Shown in pieces: positions 40,200 to 52,900 of a stretch of 64,000 nt of DNA. Both the position numbers and the translations under genes were made by a program. The stretch's first letter is position 1, and each line of letters begins with the position of its first letter. Below the pieces are notes generated by a model that did no database searches, was not told the origin of the DNA, and was given only the letters and a program-made list of their open reading frames with translations. The DNA comes from Paraspadella gotoi (Eukaryota; Animalia; Chaetognatha), in the NCBI GenBank assembly GCA_051294375.1, contig CM119263.1, positions 4,915,273 through 4,979,272 of the forward strand, written 5' to 3'.

Positions 40200-40528
40200 N
40201 NNNNNNNNNNNNNNNNNNNNNNNNNNNNNNNNNNNNNNNNNNNNNNNNNNNNNNNNNNNNNNNNNNNNNNNNNNNNNNNNNNNNNNNNNNNNNNNNNNNN
40301 NNNNNNNNNNNNNNNNNNNNNNNNNNNNNNNNNNNNNNNNNNNNNNNNNNNNNNNNNNNNNNNNNNNNNNNNNNNNNNNNNNNNNNNNNNNNNNNNNNNN
40401 NNNNNNNNNNNNNNTCGCCACAGCCTAAGGCCAGAGTTTTAGTTAATGCAAGTTCGTCCGAAGTCCCTTCACTCGTCACTCATTTTCCTTTTCATCCTTT
40501 TTATCCTTTTTTTTCCCATTTTTTCTCC

Positions 40529-40857
40529 TTTTTACTTGCGCCGTGAGCAACTCTATGAGTCACTTTTCGGTCGGTCTGTCGGTCGGTCGGTCTGTCCCAC
40601 TTAAAAATGCATATACTAATTTTCTTATAGTTGGTTGCTCATTTGTTCAAACAGAAAAAACCTCAAATCTTAGAAATTGCTCGCGCCGCCTTGAGGAATT
40701 CCTAAAACTATAAGGAATAAAAGACGGAATTTTGATGCAGTGCATGTCATAAATACACAGGCAAAGAAAGTTTTTTAATCATGTCAGGTCATATCATGTG
40801 ATCATGTAAAAATATAGTCACTGCGGAGCAACACATTGGAATTTTCGTTCTTTTTTT
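40529..40857 (+). mobile_element. Short (~330 bp) HINE/DINE-like element of a second family
   Basis: T-run, 5' subTIR-like (G/C)TTGC(T/G)CCG plus inverted repeat GAGCAACT, then CTATGAGTCACTTTTCGGTC, a GGTC/TGTC microsatellite and GTCCCACTT. 3' subTIR CGGAGCAAC at 40824-40832, ending in a T7 run. Same layout and 5' core motif as the long family but a different subTIR. Confidence 0.65.
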
Positions 40858-43316
40858 ATTTATCTTCTATTTATAATTTTCCTTTTATTTTTCTTTTCTT
40901 TTCTTTTCTTTTCTTTTCTTTTCTTTTCTTTTCTTTTCTTTTCTTTTCTTTTCTTTTCTTTTCTTTTCTTTCTTTTAGTTTCTTTTTTAATCTTGTTCCT
41001 CTCAGTCTTTGCCTAATCTCTCCGACTTTTTATTTACCACAAAAACAACTTTAAAAAAGAAGCAACTCGTCTCCACATTTTTTTTCTTCTTTTTTCTTTA
41101 ATTTTTTTCTTTCCCCAGAGTTTTTAACCTCTGAGGTCAGTTTTTCTCCTTTGAAAAGAAAAAGTGGAAAGACTTTTGAAGAAGAAAATTTCTCATTTAA
41201 AAATAAATAGTTGAGTCAAAAGCGAAGAACTTTCGTTTCAAAACAGAGAGAATTTCGAGTTTGTAAGTAATTCGAATGCATTAAAAGTTTATTTCACTCG
41301 AATCCAAATTCGTGACCTCGATTACATTTTTCTCTTTCATCATTCTCGCCTCTTTGTATTTCCCCCTTTCTCCCNNNNNNNNNNNNNNNNNNNNNNNNNN
41401 NNNNNNNNNNNNNNNNNNNNNNNNNNNNNNNNNNNNNNNNNNNNNNNNNNNNNNNNNNNNNNNNNNNNNNNNNNNNNNNNNNNNNNNNNNNNNNNNNNNN
41501 NNNNNNNNNNNNNNNNNNNNNNNNNNNNNNNNNNNNNNNNNNNNNNNNNNNNNNNNNNNNNNNNNNNNNNNNNNNNNNNNNNNNNNNNNNNNNNNNNNNN
41601 NNNNNNNNNTTAAACCCAAGGACCCTCACTCGTAGCCCGGTCACCTTAGTAAAGGTTCCGAGTTTCCTTCCCACACAGTCGTACCACACTCTGCACACTT
41701 AGAACTCTGCAACGTTCACTTCCCCAAATTCACAAAACACTCATCAATTCACAATGCATACTTCTAAGAAGCAACTGTGCTATTTGCACACCGGAGCACT
41801 TTTCTTTCTGGAGTTGGGAGCTTAGTTTCTACAGCCTAATTTAAAAATACTTATGCCTAATACAAAATTTAAATTAAAATTTATATTTTTTGTAATACCG
41901 TTTGCAAAACCGTTTCAAGAGGCTCAAATTATTTCAAAAAAGCAACTAACTTACCCTCTAAATAGTCCCCCACCCACGCGCTCTCCACCCTTCCCCTTAC
42001 CGCCCTATCACCCCTTACCCTCCCCTCTACGAAAAAAAACGTTTCCCTTTTTTTTTCCACCGCCGCAGCGAGGAGAGGAAGCGCCGCTCTTTGGCTGAGA
42101 TAACAACGACAATCGAGAAAAAAGATAAATGATTCTTTTACTTCCTCCGCATAATAATTGGGCAGGATGGCGGCGGTGCGGCGGCGGGTGCGGCGGTNNN
42201 NNNNNNNNNNNNNNNNNNNNNNAAATTATCCAATTATGTTTAATTAAATCTTGGCCCCTGACTTTGGACGGGGCTAGTGGCGGGTCTATGCCGGACGCCA
42301 TGGGCCTCTTACAATTTAGTAAAAATGGGAAGGACCCATGCAAACTTTCATCAAGACTAACAGATAGCTTATTTTTTGTGAATGGATGGATTTTTTTATT
42401 ATTTGAATATTCTTTATTATTTTTTTACTATTTTTTAGATATTATTTTTTATAGTTTTTGATATTTTTGATTATCTTTATATTTTTAATAAATTCAGTTA
42501 AAAAATATTTGATTTCAGCTTCCAGTTCCAACATTTATTCCAAACATTATTAATTTCTATTTTCGACGTAAATGAAACTTCATTGGCTTTTTTACTAATA
42601 ACCACTGTTTTGATTTTCCTATTATCTGATGGTTCGCTCGGCTTGGTTAATTATTGCCGCATGTCTCGTCTACGTGAGTATGGGGCAGAGTGAAGTCAAA
42701 GTGGGTCATGTATTGGGTTTATTTTGTTGTTTCCCCGCCCTTTTGCTTCCTTTGGCAACTCTCTTCTTCTATCATCTGTCGGTCCAAAATCTTGATTTCT
42801 TAAAGTCAATCTCTCTCCGTCTCGTGTGCTCCATCTGTCTTCTCTCTCGTGCTCGTATCCCGGCCTCTCTCTCTCTTCTCCTTCTGGAAACTTTAATCTT
42901 GCCCTTTCCACGTGCGGGTAAAACGGAGGGAGCAAGAGGCGAGGGACTGGCTTGGGCATAAGTTTGGTGCGCCGTCCCTCTCTCTCATCTTCTTCCTAGT
43001 CTCCTCTCGATCTCTGTCGTCGACTTCTCTCTCTCGTCACTTCGATTCATCTTTTCTGTCTCTCTTCATCGGGCTCTTTCTCGCTTCTGGGCTTCCTTCT
43101 CTCCGTTCCCTTCACTACGTGCCTCTTCACTCGCTCCAGAGCAGAGAGCCCTGGTTAAAGGCCAGATGTTTTAAGTTAATCGCACAGTTTGTTGCCGAAA
43201 CGTCCCTTCACTCAGTCTCACTCATTCTTTCCCTTTTCATAAAAATTCCTTTTTTATCCCTTTTTTTTTTTTTTTTTTTTTTCCCATTTTTTTTTTTTCG
43301 TTCACTTTTTTTCTCC

Positions 43317-43714
43317 TTTTTACCGTTGCGTCCGTGAGCAACCTCCCTACTGCAGCTCACTTGTTTTCCGGTCGGTCTGTCGGGTCGGGGTCCGGGGTCT
43401 GTCCCACTTAAAAAAAAATGCATATAATAATTTTTCTTATAGTTGGTTGCTCAATGGTTTTGTTCAAAGAAACAGAAAAAACCTCAAATCTTTTTAGAAA
43501 TTGCCTTCGCGAAGCCGCCTTGAGGAAAATTTGCTAAAAACTAATTAAAAGGAATAAAAGACCGGAAGGGTTGAAAGGATGCAGTGGCATGTCATAAAAT
43601 CACAACCAGGCAATGAAAAGTTTTTTTTCAATCATGTAGGATCCATATCATGTGATTCATGTTAAAATATAGTCACTGCGGAGCAACAGCATTGGAATTT
43701 TCGGTTCTTTTTTT
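43317..43714 (+). mobile_element. Noisy duplicate copy of the short HINE, with the long HINE (copy B) inserted in its 3' T-run
   Basis: GTTGCGTCCGTGAGCAAC...GTCGGTCTGTC...GTCCCACTTA...CTGCGGAGCAAC; colinear with 40529-40857. Confidence 0.6.
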
Positions 43715-45080
43715 AGGTCGGATCTGCTTATATTTCAGCAAGATCCCGATTCCTATAACTCACTCTTTTTTCGGATCCGTTCGTCCGCCCCCTCAATATT
43801 GTCGGGCACACACTTATTATCATGTCAGAAACAAGTTTCGAATTATGATAAATTTATGCAAAAAATGATGTCCCGTCTCGTTCCGTCTGTCTGTCCCGTG
43901 CCGTGGGACCCGTCCGTCCCGTCCGTTCCTGTGCCGTCTCCGCTGTTCCGTCCCACCTTAGCAAAAAAAACACCAATTAACTCGTGAATTTGGATGGATG
44001 GATTTTTAAAAAATGAAATTTTTTTGTGTGAGGATTAGGTAAGTGTTGTGTGATTGAGCTGGATTTATGAAGTTTCGGAAATGGAATCGTCCGAAGGTGG
44101 AAATGAAGGGTTTTAAAAATGGAGGTAAAAAAAACATAAAAAAATATATTCATTCACTATTTTTTGAATACCAATTGCTCATCGGAGTGGATGGGGCTGA
44201 TTGACCTTGGAATTTTGTATGTGGGTAGGAAAAGTGTGGTGAGTTTGAAAACGGAAAATCAAGGTTTCGGATGGAATCAGGTTTGAGTTGGAAAATGAAG
44301 TTTAAAATGGAAAAAAAAAACAAAAAACCTGTTTTTATAACTAATTGATTATGCTTCTTTTTTCCTTTTAATATATTAGAATGTAATCTGCAAGAAAATG
44401 TATTAATAAATCAAGATAATTAATCAGGTCTAATTAATCCAATTAGTAAATAAATTAATCAACAATTAATTAATTACGTTTGAAAAAAATTATGCAGTTG
44501 AAAAGTGATGCAAGTTAAAAAAAAATCTTAAAAAAGCATAAGGGATCGTCGGCTATTGCATAAAAAGAGAGAGAGAAGAGAGAGAGAGAAAGAGAGAGTG
44601 AGAGAGAGAGGAGAGTGAAGAGAAAAGAGAGAGAGTGAAGAGAAGAGAGAGAAGAGAAGGAAGACATTAAAATGAAAAAAAAAATTTCTTAAAAGATCAA
44701 GAATCGAGCCAGAGCCCAGCTAATCCATTAGAAAATTAAATGAAAAAAAAACCCGGGAAAAAAACGAAATGAATGCATGCGATAGAGCAGAAATTATTGA
44801 TGGTAATAGTAATTGATTGAGGTAATAACTAATTGTGATTGATTTGTAATAGTAATTTTATTTGGATGTAATAGGAATTGATTAATTGATTTTCGGATGA
44901 TAATCCACTTATTGATGCGATGATTAGTCATTCACCTGCTATAATGATAGTCCATTTCACTGCTATGATGATTGTCAATTTCATTGATTGCGGAATGATA
45001 TGTTCCATGTCATTGATCGATGATTAGTCAATAAAACAAACAAATGGCGTGTATGAGTGAAAGAGAGAGAGAGAGAGAAG

Positions 45081-45115
<35 letters not shown>

Positions 45116-46350
45116 AGAAGAAGAAAGAGAGAGAGAGAGAAAAGAGAGAGAGGAGAGAGAGAGGAGAAAGAAAAAAGAGAATAAAAATTTCCACGAAAAT
45201 CTCGGATGAAAATATTGGGATTTTTTTGTATTGAAAAAAAAAAAAAAGCGCGGAATAAAATGGTGGCAATAATTAAAAAGTTTTTTAGAAGGAAAAAAAA
45301 TTAATCAGAATTTTTTTTTCCTTCCAAAAAAAAAAACAAACGTATCACGCAAGAGATTTTCGGGAAACAAAAGATAGGGAGGACAGACCAACACACCGAG
45401 AGAAGAGAGAGACAGAGAGAACAAAAAAATGAAAAAAGAGAGAGAGAGAGGAGAACACAAGCCCCGCTGCAGAGAAAAAGAGAAAAAGGAAAAGAGGCGA
45501 TGGTTAATAATATTAATTTGGCTAAAGAAAGAAGGAGAGAGAAGACAGGAGAGAAAGCTTTAACAACAGGCCCCCTTTAAAACCCTCGTTAAAAGAATCA
45601 GCCAGTAACGTTGATGGCGGGCGCGCCGCACGTAGCGTGAGCTTTCTCTACGCCCAAAGGAACCCGGGTTCAGCGCAAACGGTTTCGTTCGCAGCATCGT
45701 TTTTTAAACATTGAAGTGAACCCACATTTATCTAAAAATTTTTTTTTGTTTTTTTTTGTAAAAACAAAAGAAGAGAAGGAAGAGAAGAGAGAGAGAAAGA
45801 GAGAGATAGGAGAGAGACCAAATTCCAGTAAAAAGAGCGTGACGGGGAGAAAGAGGAGAGAGGAAGAGAGCGACATATATTAAACGGTTTTTGTTTTGTA
45901 AATAAAACAAAACCAGAATTACGGAAATATTGATGATGAAACATGAGAATTTAAAAAAAGATCTTGATGATTAGAGAGCCAATATAATTTTGAAATTTCA
46001 ATAAACTCCCTATGTTGATATCACATTTTTCAGAAGCCGCATGATTGCAAAAAGAGCGAGACCGAAAAGCTAAAACCCGAATCAAAAATCTCTAGACAGG
46101 ACCAGGGCTTTGCCCGCCTGGCTCGATAATAGGGATATTTGTTTGGTTTGTGATTAAAATGTTAAACAAAAAAAACAATTTAAATAACTGTCCCTGATCA
46201 CATTTTAAGGACATGCGATGATGACAATCTGAAAATATAAATTAATAATTAATTCTATTATTTAATTAATTTTAAATTCTCTTAATTAATTAATTAATTA
46301 ATTAATTATCGTAGGCAGATCGAACATTGTTTTGCATCAAAACTTGTTTT
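43708..46350 (+). mobile_element. Same HINE family, copy B, ~2.6 kb (noisy sequence; lacks ~490 bp present in copy A)
   Basis: Starts T7-AGGTCGGATCTGCTT and ends GTAGGCAGATCGAACATTGTTTTGCATCAAAACTTGTTTT. Colinear with copy A except for copy A ~11718-12208. Flanks match the empty site CGTTC-T7-ATTTATCTTC at 40846-40867. Confidence 0.85.
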
Positions 46351-48774
46351 ATTTATCTTCTATTTAATAATTTTTCCTTTTTATTTTTCTTTTCTTTTCC
46401 TTTTCTTTCTTTTTTTTTCTTTTCTTTTCTTTTTTCTTTTTCTTTTCTTTTCCCTCTTTTTTCTTTTCTTTTCTTTTTTTTTTCTTTTTTTTCTTTTTTA
46501 GTTTCTTTTTTTAATCTTGGTTTTATCCCTCTCCAGTCTTTGCGCTAAATTCTCCTCCGACTTTTTTTATATATTTTTAAACCGCAAAAACGCAACTTTT
46601 TAAAAAAAAAAAAAAAAAAAAGAAAAGCAACCTTCGTTTTTTTTTTCTTCGCTCCTCCCCACATGTTGTTTTTCTTCTTTTTTTTTTACCACTTTTAAAT
46701 TTTTTTTTTCTTTCCCTTTCCGGCCCCCCTTCAAGAGAGTTTTTTTAAAAGCCTCTGAGAGGGGTCCAGTTTTTTTTTTTTCCCTCTTCCCTCTGCTGTT
46801 GCATGAAAAAGAAAAAGTGGAAAGGACTTTTTTGAAGAAGATAATTTTTTTTTCTCATTTAAAAAAGAAAAAAAAAAATAAATAGTTGAGAGTCAAAACA
46901 AAGCGAAGAAAAACTTTCCGGTTTTTCAAAAAACCAAGAGAGAAAAATTTCCCGTAAGCGTTTTGTAAGTAATTAAATTTTCGAATGCAATTAAAAAAAG
47001 AAAAGGTTTATTATTTTCACAACATCGAATCAAAATTCGTTGGACCCGACCTCGATTAACAATTTTTTCTTCGTTTTTCCTTCATTCTTGCTCTCTTTTT
47101 GTAATTTTCCCCTCCCTTTCCTTCCCCCTTTCTTTTCTTCCCTTCTCTCCCCTCTCGACTTCCTCCCTTCTCCCCCTTCCCTCTTCTCCCACGTCTCATT
47201 CTTGATGTTCCTGCCTCCTCGCGATCCTCTCATTCTTATTTCCCCGACTGCAGCATTCTCCACCACCCCTCCATCTCTCACCGTAGGTCGTCATCTGTCG
47301 CTTCTTTTTCCCTCCTTGCCATCTCCAAATTCCCCTTTTTATAAATTTTTTTTTTTTAAATCCCGCTGCCTTTTTTTTTCTTTTTTTTTTTCTTCCTCTT
47401 TTTCCTTTTTTTTTTTTTTCTTTTTCCCCTTTTTTTCCTCACGCCCACAGAGCTTTCGAAATTATCCGCCCACCTTGCTCCTCCGCACCCTTCCTCCCCT
47501 CGGGGCCCAAAACCCTTTTTACTTGTTTCCTCCCCCCCAGCCGCCATACTCTGCACCTTTTCTCCCTTGGGATTCTCCTTTGCCAGTTCACATCCGCCTT
47601 GACCCTGGACCCCATTGTCCTCTCGGCCTCAGCGTCGTTCTCCAAATCGCATGTGAGGTGTCGGTCTCTCGCGGTGTAATCCTTTCTCCCCCTCCGGGTT
47701 GCATTCTATCAGGGTTCTCCGCTCTTCCTCTCCTCTCTCTCTCTCCTCATCGTCTCCTCGCTCTGTTCCTCAATCGATCTAGCGCAATGTCTACGTCATG
47801 CTTCCTGTGTCTCGTCATTATTCGAGTCTCTCGTCTCTCGACTCACTCTCTCTGCTTCTCTTCTCTCTTCATCCCCGTCGAAACCCACTTAAACCCAAGG
47901 ACCCTCACTCGTAGCCGCATCGGTCACCTTAGTATTAAGGGTTCCGATTTCCTTCCCACACGTTAAGAACACCAGTCGGTACCCACTCCAGCAGCTTCTG
48001 CAGCACACTCTAGAACCTCTATCGTTGAGCTGGCGGCAACGTTGCACTTCCCCAAATTCACAGAAACAACTTACTCATGCAAGTATCCAACCAATGCAGA
48101 GATAACATATTCTACTGAAAAGCCACTGTGCTATTTTTGCAACCGGAGCATCTTTTTTTTCTGGAGTTGGGAGCTTTAGTTTCTAAACGCCTAATTCAAA
48201 ATAACACTTATGCCTAATACAAATTAAATTAAAATTTTATTTTTGTATACCGTATTGCAAAAAACCGTTTCAAGAGAGGCTCAAATTATTCAAAAAAGCA
48301 ACTAACTTACCCTCCTAACTAGTCCCCACACCACACGCGCGTCTCACCACCCTTCCTACTCCGCCCTATCAACCGGAGAAGAGGAGAGCGGCTTAGCATC
48401 CTCCACCATGCTACGAAAAAAAAAAAACGTTCCCATTTTTTTTCCAAAACCGCCGCAGCGAGAGAGAAGGTAAGCGCACGCTCTTTGGGCGTGAGATAAC
48501 AACGACAATACGAGGAAAAAGATATAAATGATTTCTTTTACTTTTCCCTCCGCATAATAATTTGGGGCAGGATGGGCGGCGTGCGCGGCGTGGGCGGGTG
48601 GCGCCGCTGCGGGGCCCGGGCGTGGGCGGCTGGAATGCGGGCGAGCGGCAGCGAGCGCGGAGGGCGGGAGCCCCGTCGTTCCTTAGGAAAAGAGTTACAG
48701 CCGAGGATTACGCACGCTGGAGACGATTCGAGCTTTTTTTTTTAATTTAATTCATATTCGCTACGCGCGTGAGA

Positions 48775-48819
<45 letters not shown>

Positions 48820-49103
48820 AGGCAAGAGAGGAGAGAGATAGAGAGAGGAAAGAGAGAGGGAGAGGAGAGAGAGAGAGAGATTCGCTTGAGTCCCGCGTCA
48901 AAATATAAATTTTCCACGCGTTTTTTAATCTCTTCTCTGAAAAATTTTCTTTCACAACCGTTAATGTTCATTTTATTATTTCTTCTTTTTTTTTTTCCGC
49001 GACGAATGATATTAAAAACTACTTTCGACCGAAATCGGTGAAGTGGCCGTGCGAAAAAAAAATTTTCCTTTAAGGGGCAAAAAAAAAAAAAACCAAAAGA
49101 AAA

Positions 49104-49135
<32 letters not shown>

Positions 49136-49248
49136 AATAAAAAAAAAAAAAAAAGAAAAAAAGAAAAGGGCAAAAAAAAAAAAAAAAAAGGGGGAAAAAA
49201 AAAGGCGTTTCATGATAAGTGTGAAAAGGTATGTGGGTTTTAAAATGG

Positions 49249-49326
<78 letters not shown>

Positions 49327-49411
49327 CTAAATGTAGATGAAGGCTCCGTTTTTACGTTTTATCTTGTGTGTTGTTTGTTTTTTGAATTGCGGCGGCGGGC
49401 GGCGGCGGGCA

Positions 49412-49446
<35 letters not shown>

Positions 49447-49544
49447 CGGCGATGAAAAGGCAATAAGGCTCTTTTGAGGGCGAAAGGGTTCGAGCGCTTG
49501 TCCGAGGAAACGAAGCGACGATGAGGGGCGCTCGATCGAAGTTA

Positions 49545-49985
49545 GAGGAAAAAGGAAATTAAAGGAGAGAAGCGGAATGTGAAGGAAAAGGAGAAAAGGA
49601 AATGGAAGGAGAGAAATGGAATGTTGAGGAAAACGAGAAAAGGAAATGGAAGGAGGGGAGTGGAATGTGGAGGAAAACGAGCAAAGGAAATGGAAGGAGA
49701 GGAGTGGAATGTGAAGGCAAGATAGAAGGGCGTTTACCGCCACAGCTCTTCCCAATCCCCGTCGTCCCTTCCTCCTCCTCCCATCTTCCCAGGGAGGAAA
49801 AGGAGAAATGGAAATGGAAAGAGAGAAATGGAATGTTGAGGAAAAGAAGAAATGGAAATGGAAGAAGAGAAGTGGAATGTTGGGGAAAAGGAGAAAAAGA
49901 AATGGAAGGAAAGGAGTGGAATGTGGAGGAAAAGGAGAAAAGGAAATGGAAGGAGAGGAGTGGAATGTGGAGGAAATGGGAAAAC
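49545..49985 (+). repeat. 44-bp purine-rich minisatellite, ~9 units, interrupted by a ~75-bp insert
   Basis: Unit approximately GGAATGTGGAGGAAAAGGAGAAAAGGAAATGGAAGGAGAGGAGT; GGAATG recurs at 49574, 49618, 49662, 49706, then 49830, 49874, 49918, 49962. Confidence 0.85.
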
Positions 49986-52900
49986 AGGGAAGAAAAGGGA
50001 AATAGCAAACTGGAAAAGGGAAGGGAAGGGTAAAATGTAAAATGAGGCCAGGTGTGGAAAAGGGAACTGAGGAAAGGGAAAAAAATTAAACACTGAAATA
50101 GATGAAAAGCAGAAAAGAAAACAAGTAGAATGAAAAAAAATATCAAAAAAGAAAATGAAGGAAAAATAAAAAGAGAAAAGAAAAAAGGAAAAAAACTCGT
50201 CTTTGACTTTTCACTGGGAAATTCTCTCCAGGTTGAGAACAAACAGAGAGAATAAACCTGTTAATTTAATTAAATTTGATCTTTTCTTTTCTTAGAATTT
50301 GTCATCTTTTCATTGTTGCTGCTTTTCTTTTCTAGCTGAAGTCGTTGTTATTGTTATTGTTGTCCTTGGAATAAGTATCCTCGTGAAATAATAGAACGGG
50401 AAATAAAAGGTAAAGCGTTTATTGAGAGAGAGGCGTCCAGTAATCAGCAAAATGTAATTGTTGTTGTTGTTGTTGTTGTTGTTATTGTTGTTGTTGTTAT
50501 CAATAGCATCTTCCGGAATTGTTATCGTTAATGTTGTTGTTGTCGTGTCATCGCGGTTTTGCTTTGATTCTATTCTCGACATCGATTTTTCCATCTCTCT
50601 CTCCCTCTCTCCCTCTCTCTCTCTCNNNNNNNNNNNNNNNNNNNNNNNNNNNNNNNNNNNNNNNNNNNNNNNNNNNNNNNNNNNNNNNNNNNNNNNNNNN
50701 NNNNNNNNNNNNNNNNNNNNNNNNNNNNNNNNNNNNNNNNNNNNNNNNNNNNNNNNNNNNNNNNNNNNNNNNNNNNNNNNNNNNNNNNNNNNNTCTCTCT
50801 CTCTCTTTCTCTCAATCGCTCTGTCTCTGTCTCGCTCTTGTTGCTATTTCCGGTCAAGATTAATCTCGACACGCGACTGACGTTGGCGCCGACGAGAGAC
50901 GCTGTCGATGGATATGTCTCCGTCTCTATTCCGTTTTTATATGTCTCTCAGTCTCTATCAGTCTATGGTCCAGTCTGTCTAGGTCTCTTTTGGCTCTGTT
51001 ATGTCTTCATGACTCCATCTCTATATTTGTGGTCTCCGTTAGTGTTTTATAATAATTTTCTCTTTCGTCTCTCTCTTTCTTTTTTTTTAATTCTCCTTTT
51101 GTGACAACTCTATCTCTTTCTATTGCTGTCTCCCGCTTTGTTTTGCCTGAATTTGTCTCTCTCTCCGTCGGTCTACTTCTTCATCTTCGTCTTTATCTGT
51201 CACAAATAAATAGTTTAAAAAAGTTTAAATATGTGTAACCGACGCTGGAAATTCATGTCACCCCCAACAATACTTCTTCAATCCCCAACCATCCCCCACN
51301 NNNNNNNNNGGGAGAGATAAGGAGAGAAAATGGAGCGAGAGAGAAAAGAAATTGAGAAATAGAGAGAGATAGAGAGATCTCAAAAAATAAGAAGAAAAAA
51401 ACAGAATAACAAAGAAATAACATAATTCAAAATACTCAGTGCATTAAACTTTGAAAAATCTGAAAAAAATATTTGAAAGCGAAAAATCGACTCTTGAAGG
51501 TCAAAGTCTTTTTTTCGTTTTTCAATGATTTCAAGTTTTTCTCTCTTTGGTGCAAGAGAGAGGACGGGAAAGGAGTGTTGGAAAATAGTAAATGAGTGGA
51601 AAGGGGTGTCGAAAAAGAGTAGAGGAGTGGAACATAACGTGGAATAGAGTACAGGAGTGAAAAGGGATGTGGAACAGAGTTGGAGGAATGTAAATGAATG
51701 TGGAAAAGTGTGAGATGAGTGGAAAGGGAAGGTAGAGGAGTGCAGAAGTACCGGAGAGTTTGTGGGAGTGTCAATGGAGTGGTGTAAGCAGCGAGAGTTA
51801 AGTTGAGACTCAAGAGATATGTCACCGACGGCAGATTCCGTTTGCCGGAAGGCAATGGTCAAAGTGATCATTGGTGGTGAGAACGAGAGATATGAAAAGT
51901 GGTTGCGATCGTGAAGAAATTTGTGGGCAATGGTGGTCAAATGCAGTCAAAGGCTGTTCTTCGTCCGATGATCCGGCAGGACGTTCGTCAATTCGTCCAT
52001 CCGTTCGTCCGTCCGTCCTCTTCGTTCCTCAATCCCCTTCCTCTACTCAATTTCCCCTTCCCCNNNNNNNNNNNNNNNNNNNNNNNNNNNNNNNNNNNNN
52101 NNNNNNNNNNNNNNNNNNNNNNNNNNNNNNNNNNNNNNNNNNNNNNNNNNNNNNNNNNNNNNNNNNNNNNNNNNNNNNNNNNNNNNNNNNNNNNNNNNNN
52201 NNNNNNNNNNNNNNNNNNNNNNNNNNNNNNNNNNNNNNNNNNNNNNNNNNNNNNNNNNNNNNNNNNNNNNNNNNNNNNNNNNNNNNNNNNNNNNNNNNNN
52301 NNNNNNNNNNNNNNNNNNNNNNNNNNNNNNNNNNNNNNNNNNNNNNNNNNNNNNNNNNNNNNNNNNNNNNNNNNNNNNNNNNNNNNNNNNNNNNNNNNNN
52401 NNNNNNNNNNNNNNNNNNNNNNNNNNNNNNNNNNNNNNNNNNNNNNNNNNNNNNNNNNNNNNNNNNNNNNNNNNNNNNNNNNNNNNNNNNNNNNNNNNNN
52501 NNNNNNNNNNNNNNNNNNNNNNNNNNNNNNNNNNNNNNNNNNNNNNNNNNNNNNNNNNNNNNNNNNNNNNNNNNNNNNNNNNNNNNNNNNNNNNNNNNNN
52601 NNNNNNNNNNNNNNNNNNNNNNNNNNNNNNNNNNNNNNNNNNNNNNNNNNNNNNNNNNNNNNNNNNNNNNNNNNNNNNNNNNNNNNNNNNNNNNNNNNNN
52701 NNNNNNNNNNNNNNNNNNNNNNNNNNNNNNNNNNNNNNNNNNNNNNNNNNNNNNNNNNNNNNNNNNNNNNNNNNNNNNNNNNNNNNNNNNNNNNNNNNNN
52801 NNNNNNNNNNNNNNNNNNNNNNNNNNNNNNNNNNNNNNNNNNNNNNNNNNNNNNNNNNNNNNNNNNNNNNNNNNNNNNNNNNNNNNNNNNNNNNNNNNNN

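Larger units (their letters stand above)
39705..48605 (+). repeat. Tandem duplicate pair 39705-42197 / 42223-48605 separated by 25 N; second copy carries HINE copy B
   Basis: Both start AAATTATCCAAT...CCCCTGACTTTGGACGGGCTA and end GGGCAGGATGG...GGCGGGTG. The second copy is insertion-rich and spans the N gaps of the first. Confidence 0.85.

Noticed and set aside
47040-47966. 308-aa ORF
   Set aside because: Lies in noisy pyrimidine-rich sequence corresponding to a gap in the duplicate copy; low complexity and no homology signal.
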